Notes under the pieces: model-generated | Seen by the model: the letters and a program-made list of their open reading frames with translations, nothing else | What the model was told of the DNA's origin: nothing | Databases searched by the model: none | Translations under genes and position numbers: made by a program | Shown here: positions 7,201 through 15,385 of the stretch, piece after piece | Numbering within the stretch: position 1 is the stretch's first letter | Layout of the letters: each line of letters opens with the position of its first letter | IMG/VR virus record: IMGVR_UViG_3300029712_000001 | DNA length: 64,000 nucleotides | Direction: 5' to 3' (one strand) | Source of the DNA: a virus

Positions 7201-7223
7201 TCATAATTAAAGCATAAAGAAAA

Positions 7224-7430
7224 ATGGAAAGGAAATTTAAATCTCATATGGTAGACGTCCGCGGTCTGTCCAGGAAAGAAGCTAAAGAAAAGCGGAAAAG
7301 AGCGTATCGGGAATTTATGTTGTATCGTGATCTCAAAGAAGCGTATCATGCCGATACGGGAAAGGACAAATGCAAGCGTAAAGTTCATACATCACGAACA
7401 TACGTCAAGGAAAATATAAACAGTATTTAA
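7224..7430 (+). CDS. Hypothetical basic protein (68 aa)
   Basis: ATG ORF, Lys/Arg-rich, followed by a nested hairpin at 7433-7485. Confidence 0.55.
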   Translation: MERKFKSHMVDVRGLSRKEAKEKRKRAYREFMLYRDLKEAYHADTGKDKCKRKVHTSRTYVKENINSI

Positions 7431-7535
7431 ATAGGAGTAGGGTTTTTTCGAATATCGGAGCAGCCCTATTTTTGTATCCTACTCTTTCTATTTACGGGTA
7501 TGATATTCTGAGAGTGAACGGCGAATGTGGACAAT

Positions 7536-7675
7536 ATTGGTCTAAAACGAAACAAAAATAGGAGCGTTCGGATATAATGCCGGTATTTTGTCTATATCAT
7601 GTCGTTAAAATTGGTCTAAAACGAAACTTGAGGCGGTTTTCTGACCCAAAATAGGGTGTCGGATGCCGCCTTTTT
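7536..7675 (+). repeat. Tandem duplication of an about 70-nt unit
   Basis: ATTGGTCTAAAACGAAAC at 7536-7553 and 7610-7627. Both units also carry AAAATAGG..TCGGAT..GCCG. Confidence 0.8.
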
Positions 7676-7676
7676 C
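7631..7676 (+). terminator. Intrinsic terminator closing the tandem-repeat unit
   Basis: AGGCGG (7631-7636) pairs with CCGCCT (7666-7671) around an inner GACCC/GGGT stem, then TTTTT. Confidence 0.6.
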
Positions 7677-7801
7677 GTCTCTATGGATTGAAAATTAGGC
7701 TTATTGTATTTTTCTTAAAAATGAGGTATGCTTGATTATCAATTAGTTATGTTTTATAATACCCGTATTTTCGGACATACTTATTGTATTTTTTTTATTT
7801 T

Positions 7802-7969
7802 ATGTGGTGGTTTTTATTAGTAGCTGACTTTTATTTTCTGTCGGTTGGTATTCGCTCTATGTTGGAGTACGGACCGGATCAGTATAATATTGTAATGGTC
7901 TTTTGCTTTTCTTTATTGGCTTTGATTATAGGTTTAAATATCTATTTTGATAGGAGAAGCAGACGGTAG
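7802..7969 (+). CDS. Possible small two-TM membrane protein (55 aa)
   Basis: ATG within the listed 7784 ORF. Two hydrophobic helices and an RRSRR tail. Isolated inside a long non-coding region. Confidence 0.4.
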   Translation: MWWFLLVADFYFLSVGIRSMLEYGPDQYNIVMVFCFSLLALIIGLNIYFDRRSRR

Positions 7970-8160
7970 GGCGTGGGCTGAAGGCTCTCTATTCTCTCTA
8001 TGGAATTATATTATCTCCAAACACCCCACACTTCATGCCAGAGTATAAGCTTGTAGCGCTCTCCGTATGCCTGTGGCGAGGCTGATAGCGCAGGTTCTAT
8101 GCGGAAAGCCGGAGGATTAGCGGGAGTTGGAGAGGGGGAGAGGGAGGGCACTCCCCACCA

Positions 8161-8313
8161 ACAAAATTCAATAGATAAGCGTTTTAAAACAACATTATGT
8201 AGGGTTTTCCCACAAAATTAAGGATTACAGTGCTTTAAAACAGCAAAATGTGAGTTTATTCTACAAAATTCAATAGGTTGAGAGTTGAAAACTATATTCT
8301 ATAGATTGGTGGT
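8161..8313. repeat. Three imperfect tandem 51-nt repeats
   Basis: Units start with ACAAAATT at 8161, 8212 and 8263. Each has TT(T)AAAAC about 25 nt in. Confidence 0.8.
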
Positions 8314-8338
8314 AATCGGAATGTTTAACAATTAAAAT

Positions 8339-8608
8339 ATGGATGGTATGAACGTATATGATTTTGCACCCGATTTAGATTTGAGTAAGGAGGTAGAAGG
8401 TTCTATTTTTGGGGTGAAAGGAATAGAAGGCAGTGATGGTATAGTATATGCTAAGGTAGTTAGCTGTGTAGACGTTAAGGATTACAGTTGTGATAGGTGT
8501 ATTTTTTATGATTGTTATAAGGATAAATGTTTATTATCGCGTAGTGATAGTTGTATAGATGGAGATTGGATTTGTAGGTACGAACAGGCTGCCATAGAGG
8601 GGGAGTAG
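8339..8608 (+). CDS. Small Cys-rich protein, family 1 (paralogs at 9799 and 38218)
   Basis: FAPDLDLSKEVEGSIF...CDRCIFYDC...C pattern shared with the two other ORFs. Confidence 0.75.
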   Translation: MDGMNVYDFAPDLDLSKEVEGSIFGVKGIEGSDGIVYAKVVSCVDVKDYSCDRCIFYDCYKDKCLLSRSDSCIDGDWICRYEQAAIEGE

Positions 8609-8711
8609 GCGGCGCCTTGGGCTAAGGCCTGCGGTTGTAGGTGGAACGTAGGTCGGAGCAGAGCCTGGACAGTTTATTGTGGAACGTAAAAAAGAAGGAG
8701 GAGATAGCGAT

Positions 8712-8891
8712 ATGAAAAAGGCATTTAAGATATTTTTTATTATGTTTGTCATAGAAATAGTGCTGATAGCTATTTTAGATGCTATGGCGCAAGTGAGAAA
8801 AATTTCTTCATTAATTTTCTTATGCTTTAGACAAAGTGCTCCCGTCTGCGAAGATCGGAGCACTTGCTTTATGGGATTCATGGTGCGGTAG
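8712..8891 (+). CDS. Doubtful small hydrophobic ORF (59 aa)
   Basis: GGAGG lies 10 nt upstream of ATG 8712 and the N-terminus is TM-like. However, the ORF runs through a strong hairpin (8835-8864) and stops exactly at tRNA-like module 2. Confidence 0.3.
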   Translation: MKKAFKIFFIMFVIEIVLIAILDAMAQVRKISSLIFLCFRQSAPVCEDRSTCFMGFMVR

Positions 8892-8916
8892 GTCGGTTCG
8901 ATTCCGGCGATCTCAC
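8892..8916 (+). other. tRNA-like T-arm plus 3' acceptor strand (module 2)
   Basis: gtcGG-TTCGATT-CCggc, then gatctca-c. The best 5' partner (gtgaga, 8793-8798) is 124 nt away. Confidence 0.5.
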
Positions 8917-8945
8917 ACAACATTAAAAACAAAGGAGGAAAGAAA

Positions 8946-9293
8946 ATGAAAGATGGTATTAAATTGCATCCAGAACACGGATTGAATCCGTCTATAGAAG
9001 TCTGCATGATATGTGGCGAAGAGATGGGGATTGCTTTATTAGGGAATAATATCAAAGGGCAGGCACCGCATCATATATGCACGGGCGGAGTATGTGACAA
9101 TTGCAAAAAGATAATAGATGACGGAGGCTGTTTTATTATCGAAGTCGAGGATGGATCAGATCAAAAGAATCCGTATCGTACAGGGAGATATTGTGCGATA
9201 AAGAAAGAGGCAGCAAAGAAAATACTTGGACAGGAGCATAGTATTGTGTACATGGAAAAGTCTGCATACAGTCAAATAATACCACAAAAATAA
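8946..9293 (+). CDS. Zinc-ribbon-like protein (115 aa)
   Basis: CMICG...CDNC motifs. AAGGAGGAA lies 7 nt upstream of the ATG. Confidence 0.75.
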   Translation: MKDGIKLHPEHGLNPSIEVCMICGEEMGIALLGNNIKGQAPHHICTGGVCDNCKKIIDDGGCFIIEVEDGSDQKNPYRTGRYCAIKKEAAKKILGQEHSIVYMEKSAYSQIIPQK

Positions 9294-9301
9294 AGAAGGA
9301 T

Positions 9302-9625
9302 ATGTTTACAAAAGAAGAGCGATTATTTATTTGGAAAGAAGCATATAGGGAAATCGAAGAATTACGTACTGGAGAATATATATGCGTTGCATTGAAACAT
9401 GCAGTATTTAAATTTTTTGTAACTCCTAAAAATTCCGGAACTTTTTATGGGATGCCTTTATATGAACTGGTGAGAACATATTTCCCGGAATTGGAGAAAA
9501 AGAAAAGTATGGCTACAGAACCAGAAGGAAAATGGGGTATGTATGGATGGTTTGGCTGTATTAGTCCAGAAACGAGGGAGGTGAGGCTAAATATCGTAAA
9601 AGACATTATAAAAGAATTAGAATAA
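9302..9625 (+). CDS. Hypothetical protein (107 aa)
   Basis: ATG ORF 8 nt after the previous stop, followed by a terminator. Confidence 0.75.
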   Translation: MFTKEERLFIWKEAYREIEELRTGEYICVALKHAVFKFFVTPKNSGTFYGMPLYELVRTYFPELEKKKSMATEPEGKWGMYGWFGCISPETREVRLNIVKDIIKELE

Positions 9626-9671
9626 TATTTTTGTTAATCTATTTTATTCATCAAATTAAGTTTTGGGTTTT

Positions 9672-9710
9672 GGCATGTCGGTTCGTGAGGATAGACATGC
9701 CTATTTCTGT
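9672..9710 (+). terminator. Intrinsic terminator
   Basis: GGCATGTC (9672-9679) pairs with GACATGCC (9694-9701), then tatttctgt. Confidence 0.6.
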
Positions 9711-9753
9711 ATCATAGAGGGATGACGCGGCGTGCCGGTGCGTATGTGCCGGT

Positions 9754-9778
9754 TCTGGTTCGATTCCAGGAATCTCAC
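9754..9778 (+). other. tRNA-like T-arm plus 3' acceptor strand (module 3)
   Basis: tctGG-TTCGATT-CCagg, then aatctca-c. The 3' tail ATCTCACA.AAC.AT is shared with module 2. Confidence 0.5.
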
Positions 9779-9798
9779 AAACAATAAATCATAATCAT

Positions 9799-10047
9799 AT
9801 GGAAGTAATAACATTCGGTCCGGATATGGATTTGTCTTCTAAAAAAGCAGGAGATGTATTTAGATTAAAATTGTATGGCATAGAGCATGATGTCAAAGTA
9901 GTTGGTGACGATGAAGATCCTCTTATGTTCTGCAAAGATTGTATATTTTTTAACAACTCCGAACGGTGTTCACTCTCAGAATCGCAAGACTGGTGCTTAA
10001 AAAAGCAAGTTGTTTACTGTAAAATAAGACATGATGGGGGAATTTAA
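9799..10047 (+). CDS. Small Cys-rich protein, family 1 paralog (82 aa)
   Basis: FGPDMDLSSKKAGDVF...CKDCIFF...C aligns with 8339..8608. Confidence 0.75.
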   Translation: MEVITFGPDMDLSSKKAGDVFRLKLYGIEHDVKVVGDDEDPLMFCKDCIFFNNSERCSLSESQDWCLKKQVVYCKIRHDGGI

Positions 10048-10222
10048 TGCGAAAGACGCCAATTTCTTATGGCGTCAAATTGGTAGGATTGATGGGGTGA
10101 TAGAAACTCTGAACCGTACCGAAGGAGAGATGCCGGAAATTATAGCTGGAGTGCTAAAAAGAATAAGAGATGATATAGATAAGTTTGTAGATAATAAAAC
10201 AAAAGATTATGAGAATATATAA
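10031..10222 (+). CDS. Hypothetical protein (63 aa)
   Basis: ORF in an overlapping co-directional chain. No motif recognised. Confidence 0.5.
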   Translation: MMGEFNAKDANFLWRQIGRIDGVIETLNRTEGEMPEIIAGVLKRIRDDIDKFVDNKTKDYENI

Positions 10223-10439
10223 AAATGATATTATAAAGGCGTCAGCAATAAGCACCGGCGCCGACAGAGGTGTGTTGCTGTGTTCAATAACAGATTCAGG
10301 ATTCACGTCTATAGCGGGCGTAATATCGGCTGTTAAAGATAAGTTACCAGGCAAAGATCATAAGAAGATGATTTTTGAAATACGGAATGATGGAAGAAAC
10401 GAATATGGCAGATATAATAATTGTGGAGGAAAAATATGA
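10209..10439 (+). CDS. Hypothetical protein (76 aa)
   Basis: ORF in an overlapping co-directional chain. No motif recognised. Confidence 0.5.
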   Translation: MRIYKNDIIKASAISTGADRGVLLCSITDSGFTSIAGVISAVKDKLPGKDHKKMIFEIRNDGRNEYGRYNNCGGKI

Positions 10440-10648
10440 AATACAGAGGTCTGTTGCTCCCTATGATATTAGCTGCAATGTGTGGAGATGATGCCTTTAT
10501 GTTAAATACTAAAAGGGGAAAAGGAATGCAATCTACATATAGAAGAGAAAAGATTGTCAGAACAGAAAAAGAATTTGATATTAATGGCACTAAAGTAATG
10601 GCATACTCAAGAAAGGATGCCATTAAAAGATTAAAACATAAGAAGTAG
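10436..10648 (+). CDS. Hypothetical protein with N-terminal hydrophobic segment (70 aa)
   Basis: Internal ATG of the listed 10421 ORF with GGAGG upstream. Begins MKYRGLLLPMILAAMC. Confidence 0.5.
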   Translation: MKYRGLLLPMILAAMCGDDAFMLNTKRGKGMQSTYRREKIVRTEKEFDINGTKVMAYSRKDAIKRLKHKK

Positions 10649-10757
10649 AAAACGGATTTTTATGTTAATGTTAGTTTTTTCATTTTTATTGAAAGGAGCG
10701 CCGGCCTGTGAAGGTATGCGCTCTTTGTATTTGTATAATACATAAAACAATAATAAT

Positions 10758-11012
10758 ATGACAGATAATAACATAGATGTGAATATCGTACCTGTAAAGA
10801 ATGGTGCGAAACGTGTTGTGGTATCATATTACCATTATTCGCGCAAGGACAAAAATCACATGAGTTCCCAAACGGATTACGTGTGGGAAACAAAGAATGA
10901 AGAAATGTTTAAATACTTTGAGGCCAGGAGGACAAAAGTATTTTATAGTCAGATTCGTGCCATGTGTAGATTCTATGGCAAGAAAAATGTACGTAAATAC
11001 AAAAAGCTGTGA
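10758..11012 (+). CDS. Hypothetical protein (84 aa)
   Basis: ATG ORF. Its stop overlaps the next start (GTGA). Confidence 0.6.
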   Translation: MTDNNIDVNIVPVKNGAKRVVVSYYHYSRKDKNHMSSQTDYVWETKNEEMFKYFEARRTKVFYSQIRAMCRFYGKKNVRKYKKL

Positions 11013-11818
11013 TATTAAAAACGACAACCAACGAGTTTTGTTTCATTAACGTAAGTTTCTATGAAACAATAGCGGATCCTCGCTATTTCTTTGAACAAGA
11101 TTATGAAGAGATGCCGGAATATGAGGAAGAATCGGATTTTGATTTTGATTCTTATTGCAATAAGTTTATTCCTTTTGTACAGGAATGGGCGAATGAGGTA
11201 AGTGAATACCTTTACGGATATGGTGTGAATAACATGAAGGTAATATCGGTCGGACATCCAAAAGAGTACAATTATGGTACTGATTGGATGGATGTAAGGG
11301 TAGAGTTTTGTGATGAATGGAGGCAAAAGATGTTATCTAACATTGGTAAGATTGCCAATGATGATAAATGCAAGAAGTATGCGGAGGCTAATTGCCGGTC
11401 GGTATCAGGATACATCTTTTTAGGGCCTGAAGATTTAAAGGAATTTGAAAAGGAAATAATAGAAAGAAAGTCGGATTCGGAATATGATGTAACAATATTA
11501 TTAAATATGTATCTAACTTTGGCTTTTGTAAAAGAATTTGGATTTAAAGCCGGAGAAGCATGGAGTGAAATAACAGAATATGCTTACGGATGTTTGTCGT
11601 ATTCTGATTTTGCAACAACAGAGATACTTATACCAGAAGGTTCGGAGCATTTGTTCAAAGACATTTACACGGCAAAGGCCGACGAATTATATCATCATGT
11701 CCTGGATAAATTCGGATGGGCGTGGCGTGATCCGAAATATAAGTCAGAAACAGAATTATGCGCGATGCTAAAGTGGGCAAAAGAAAAAGGCTTGACCATT
11801 GAAGAGTTAAGTATTTAA
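11009..11818 (+). CDS. Hypothetical acidic protein (269 aa)
   Basis: Long ORF with Glu/Asp-rich N-terminal third. The GTG start is uncertain. Confidence 0.7.
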   Translation: MILKTTTNEFCFINVSFYETIADPRYFFEQDYEEMPEYEEESDFDFDSYCNKFIPFVQEWANEVSEYLYGYGVNNMKVISVGHPKEYNYGTDWMDVRVEFCDEWRQKMLSNIGKIANDDKCKKYAEANCRSVSGYIFLGPEDLKEFEKEIIERKSDSEYDVTILLNMYLTLAFVKEFGFKAGEAWSEITEYAYGCLSYSDFATTEILIPEGSEHLFKDIYTAKADELYHHVLDKFGWAWRDPKYKSETELCAMLKWAKEKGLTIEELSI

Positions 11819-11881
11819 TTGTTAAACATAAGGCAGTAGTGGTGCGTGAGTATAGGTGCTGCCGTTAAAATATTTTATAAG

Positions 11882-12130
11882 ATGAAAAAAGAAGAGATTC
11901 AAACTATTTTATACACAATCAAAGAAGGAGACAGTATTAAGATCAAAGTACAAGACAAAAGTGAAGAGATAAGACTGCGAGATCATGTAAGAAGAGTACA
12001 GAAATACGGATACAGGTTTTGTTTGTCTCATTTACATGATGGAATTTTCTATCTGGAGAAGTTGAAAGAAGGGGATAAGGATAAATACTATAGAGTAATA
12101 AACAGAGGAAATGGAAAGACCGGAGTATAA
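11882..12130 (+). CDS. Hypothetical protein (82 aa)
   Basis: First ATG inside the listed 11846 ORF. Confidence 0.55.
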   Translation: MKKEEIQTILYTIKEGDSIKIKVQDKSEEIRLRDHVRRVQKYGYRFCLSHLHDGIFYLEKLKEGDKDKYYRVINRGNGKTGV

Positions 12131-12404
12131 TAAGCTACGCAAAATGGCTAAGACTACTCCAGGTCTGATAGTGGACGAGGCGCAAAACATGATGCGTGTA
12201 TCGCTATACGATAATGGGGAACTTAAGAAGGTGGTAGTAGTAATGAAATGCGATTCTTTTTTACAATCAAAAAGTAACATAGAAAAGATAATGTTATTAT
12301 CATCTTCTATAGAAGATAGAAAAAACAAAGAAAAAAATAAAACAAAATCAGAAAATGAACAGAATAACAAAAATAAGAGAAGAAATAGGAGGAAAACAGG
12401 TTGA
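12111..12404 (+). CDS. Hypothetical protein with Lys/Asn-rich tail (97 aa)
   Basis: ATG ORF. The C-terminus is low-complexity and A-rich. Confidence 0.5.
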   Translation: MERPEYNKLRKMAKTTPGLIVDEAQNMMRVSLYDNGELKKVVVVMKCDSFLQSKSNIEKIMLLSSSIEDRKNKEKNKTKSENEQNNKNKRRNRRKTG

Positions 12405-12738
12405 TTTGACATTTTACGGGCGCTTTTGCAGCCTTATCGAAGGTGATAGAAAGATAATACTAAGAGCGATAAAAAACGGTCGTAAAAAAGGCGTAATCGG
12501 AGCCATTCAGCCTGGGAGACATGATAGAATTTGGACCACATGGTCTATTGCTTTTGATGATCTGAAGGTAGGGGATACGGTAGAGTTCAGTACATCTGGA
12601 AAATACAATCCCGGATTTCATTCTACAGAAAAGTATGTAGGGTGTGTAGAATGGATAAAAGGATCGGAATGTGCGATAAAAACCGGCAATGGAATAGCAG
12701 TAGTATTAATTAAACATGTAGAAAGGGTGGTAAAATAA
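12355..12738 (+). CDS. Hypothetical protein (127 aa)
   Basis: ATG ORF overlapping neighbours in the co-directional chain. Confidence 0.65.
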   Translation: MNRITKIREEIGGKQVDLTFYGRFCSLIEGDRKIILRAIKNGRKKGVIGAIQPGRHDRIWTTWSIAFDDLKVGDTVEFSTSGKYNPGFHSTEKYVGCVEWIKGSECAIKTGNGIAVVLIKHVERVVK

Positions 12739-13019
12739 TGGATTTAAGGATGTTTATAGACCTATTTCAGGAGATTGAGGTAGAGAACTTGTTTAAAGCG
12801 TTAGATTTATGTATGGAATATGTAAGATTAGATTTACATGTGTTTAATGTAGGAGCTTATGTAACGTGTTCATACAGTAATGATCTTGAATCTCTTTCAC
12901 AGGCAGAAGGTTGTAATGTGAATATGATAATAGAGGTACCCCACTTATTCGAAGCATTCATGGAATATGCTTCACCGGAAATGAAGTTGTATTATGAAAA
13001 ACTAACAGAGATAGTATAA
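12738..13019 (+). CDS. Hypothetical protein (93 aa)
   Basis: ATG overlaps the previous stop (TAATG). Confidence 0.65.
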   Translation: MDLRMFIDLFQEIEVENLFKALDLCMEYVRLDLHVFNVGAYVTCSYSNDLESLSQAEGCNVNMIIEVPHLFEAFMEYASPEMKLYYEKLTEIV

Positions 13020-13020
13020 T

Positions 13021-13494
13021 ATGAAAGAAGAAGTAGAACGGATAAAGAAGTTGGTAGGCATAGATCATAACAGATGGGAGCAACCTTGTACATGTGATAA
13101 ATGTAAAAACATGTGTAAAGTTCCTTGTATTGGTACGCCAAAAGACATAGAGGCTATCATAGATGCCGGATACGCTGACAGGTTAAAAGAAACAATGTGG
13201 ATGGTAGGGTATCTTGCGGTGAAAGAAAAACCAATAGCGATGATCCAGCCAACAGAGAAAGACGGGTGGTGCGCATTCCGCCAGCCGGACGGTCTCTGCG
13301 AGCTGCATGACCGAGGACTAAAGCCGACCGAAGGAGTTCTGGCTTCTTGCAAGGTGGTTGAAGAAGACGATATTCCGACATACGAAACATCCGTACTTAG
13401 AGCAGTAGCTCACGAGTGGGTTAAGGTGGAGAACTTTGGAAATGTAATGAAGGTCGTTTTTAAATTTTTGCATGAAAATGAACGTAGAAAATAA
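13021..13494 (+). CDS. Cys-rich putative metal-cluster protein (157 aa)
   Basis: CTCDKCKNMCKVPC and WCAF...GLCELH motifs. Contains GC island 13261-13345. Confidence 0.7.
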   Translation: MKEEVERIKKLVGIDHNRWEQPCTCDKCKNMCKVPCIGTPKDIEAIIDAGYADRLKETMWMVGYLAVKEKPIAMIQPTEKDGWCAFRQPDGLCELHDRGLKPTEGVLASCKVVEEDDIPTYETSVLRAVAHEWVKVENFGNVMKVVFKFLHENERRK

Positions 13495-13882
13495 ATTAAA
13501 TAAAGTGGTTAAGATCCTAAAAGAAAAAGGATTCGTAGTATATAGAAAGGGCGGGAAGGAGCCAGGTGTATTTTATGCCAAAGAAGGTGACAGCCGGATA
13601 GGATTCGTTTATCCAAACAACGGATATATATACGACAGGATAAAAATGTGGTCTTTTTCAAGGGTATATAAACCACATAAGAAAACCGGATCTTCGTGTT
13701 TAATGTGTGTCAGCGACGAATTTACTATAGAGAATGCGATTAAGAGCATAGAAGATAGACTGTGGGTAAATTATATAAAAGACGGTAACAGAAAACGACC
13801 AGAAGAATATAAAAATATAAGAGAATTTGTTGGTAGCTTCACTAAATTCTACAGCTCTGTAGAATTAGTTGAAGTAAAATAG
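13472..13882 (+). CDS. Hypothetical protein (136 aa)
   Basis: ATG ORF followed by a strong terminator. Confidence 0.7.
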   Translation: MKMNVENKLNKVVKILKEKGFVVYRKGGKEPGVFYAKEGDSRIGFVYPNNGYIYDRIKMWSFSRVYKPHKKTGSSCLMCVSDEFTIENAIKSIEDRLWVNYIKDGNRKRPEEYKNIREFVGSFTKFYSSVELVEVK

Positions 13883-13903
13883 TTTTCCATGTAAGTTAGT
13901 TAC

Positions 13904-13939
13904 CGGCACTGGTCTGCGAAGATAGGTGCCGTTTTTTTT
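13904..13939 (+). terminator. Intrinsic terminator with GTCTGCGAAGAT loop
   Basis: CGGCAC (13904-13909) pairs with GTGCCG (13926-13931), then T8. The loop shares 12 nt with the hairpin loop at 8844-8855. Confidence 0.85.
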
Positions 13940-13960
13940 ATTCAAGAAAAGAGGACAAAT

Positions 13961-14212
13961 ATGGAGAAAAGAGACAAGAAGATGCCTTACGAGGTAGTCA
14001 TACAGGAAAGAAAAAGAGTGGATTTGTACGGTAACGTAGTGTATTATATCCATTGGTTTGATAAATATGGGTACAATATCACAAACGAATGGAAATTCTG
14101 GAGCAAGGGTCCGAAAAAGAAATACGATAGAGTTAATCGTTATCTAACGGATAGTTGGTTGAAGGAATACTGTGGGAATAACGATTTAAAGATAAGGAGA
14201 ATAAAGGAATGA
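13961..14212 (+). CDS. Hypothetical protein (83 aa)
   Basis: ATG ORF. ATGA overlap with the next gene. Confidence 0.65.
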   Translation: MEKRDKKMPYEVVIQERKRVDLYGNVVYYIHWFDKYGYNITNEWKFWSKGPKKKYDRVNRYLTDSWLKEYCGNNDLKIRRIKE

Positions 14213-14724
14213 AAAAGATAAAAGTAGACAAAGTGATATTATATTACATGGATCGGGTAGACCCTGACGGGAACCTATACCGGTTCTATGTATATAAAGG
14301 AATGGCATCTGAAATAGAATACTTTTGCACGGAAGAGGCAGGTAATATGACCATACCAATCGGAGAAGGAGAGTATGTCAAGATTGTACCAAAAGAAATA
14401 AAGAAAATACCGGTAAGGGGATATAGGAAGCTTACTGGAATATGGAATCGTGAAACATGTAACGGGAAGGGATGGTATAGGCTTTTTAATTATTTCAAAT
14501 ACAAGCCGACCCTATGTTATTTTAAAAAAGCGGGACATGATGAAAATGGGAACACAAGATACGAAATATCATTATTTAACAACATTATAAATGTGACAAG
14601 GTATTTTAATCTGTGGAGAATGAAGCCAGGAAAGTATGCTATGGTAACAAACGAGTGTGGCGCCTTGGATGTTATAAAAGAAAAATTTGACAACATAAAT
14701 ATAGTGGAATATGGATCTGAATGA
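14209..14724 (+). CDS. Hypothetical protein (171 aa)
   Basis: ORF in an overlapping co-directional chain. Confidence 0.7.
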   Translation: MKKIKVDKVILYYMDRVDPDGNLYRFYVYKGMASEIEYFCTEEAGNMTIPIGEGEYVKIVPKEIKKIPVRGYRKLTGIWNRETCNGKGWYRLFNYFKYKPTLCYFKKAGHDENGNTRYEISLFNNIINVTRYFNLWRMKPGKYAMVTNECGALDVIKEKFDNINIVEYGSE

Positions 14725-15079
14725 ATTGTACAAAGAAATAGAAAAAGCAGAGGTTGATCTGAATGCAAAAAGATTAAAGTACATCAAAGAGGCATTAGTG
14801 GAGAACGGTGGAAGTATAAAGCTAAAATTCAAAGAATTTAAAGAGTTTAAAGAAACTAATGATGCGTTTGACTTCGATGATCAGTTTCCGGTGATAATAG
14901 AAATTGCTGGGATTCCTATGTATTTAACGGAAGTGTATGTCAAAAAAAACGATTTTCGTATAGTTCTGCTGGATTATGATGATATGACTTTAGGTGATTA
15001 TGATAATACAGGGGAAAATGAACAGGTTGCTTATTTTATTAACTATTGTTTAAATCAAGACAAAGATGGGAAAGAGTAG
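14711..15079 (+). CDS. Hypothetical acidic protein (122 aa)
   Basis: ORF in an overlapping co-directional chain. Confidence 0.65.
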   Translation: MDLNELYKEIEKAEVDLNAKRLKYIKEALVENGGSIKLKFKEFKEFKETNDAFDFDDQFPVIIEIAGIPMYLTEVYVKKNDFRIVLLDYDDMTLGDYDNTGENEQVAYFINYCLNQDKDGKE

Positions 15080-15254
15080 AAAAGATTATGAGAAGTTTCT
15101 TAACTCCATATCTCCAGATAGAGACGATGAAACATGGATCATTGGAGGAAAGAACAGGTATTGCGGTAGAGAGAATTACGGCACTATGATCAAAAGGTAT
15201 GATCCTATTGGTTTTAACGTAGGGTACAGAGAGTGGGTAGAACAGCCAGAGTAA
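15066..15254 (+). CDS. Small protein, family 2 (paralog of 18168..18359)
   Basis: WIIGGKNRY...YDPIGFNVGYREW aligns with WIIGGKDRS...HDPIAFEVGYKEW. Confidence 0.7.
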   Translation: MGKSRKDYEKFLNSISPDRDDETWIIGGKNRYCGRENYGTMIKRYDPIGFNVGYREWVEQPE

Positions 15255-15385
15255 GGTGGCGCCTGCCCTGCCATGAGGTCGGCCTGGCTGTCTGTGGCCA
15301 GGGTCGTATATTAGTCAGATAGTGAACAATGAAAACGATACAAATATTATGAATTTAGGCAATCATATACCTAAAATAATAGTTT

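Noticed and set aside
7536-7627. Mini-CRISPR array or solitary repeat units (ATTGGTCTAAAACGAAAC x2)
   Set aside because: There are only two 18-nt repeats. The 56-nt spacer is itself part of a duplicated about 70-nt unit. I see no resemblance to a CRISPR repeat I can recall, and no cas genes.
8534-9055. 173-aa minus-strand ORF
   Set aside because: It runs antisense across a non-coding region and two better-supported plus-strand genes in a uniformly rightward block.
6982-9778. Calling the three GGTTCGATTCC elements ordinary tRNA genes
   Set aside because: I could not build D-arms or anticodon arms at canonical spacing. Acceptor partners are too close (module 1) or 93-124 nt away and overlap other hairpins. 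They are reported as tRNA-like modules instead.
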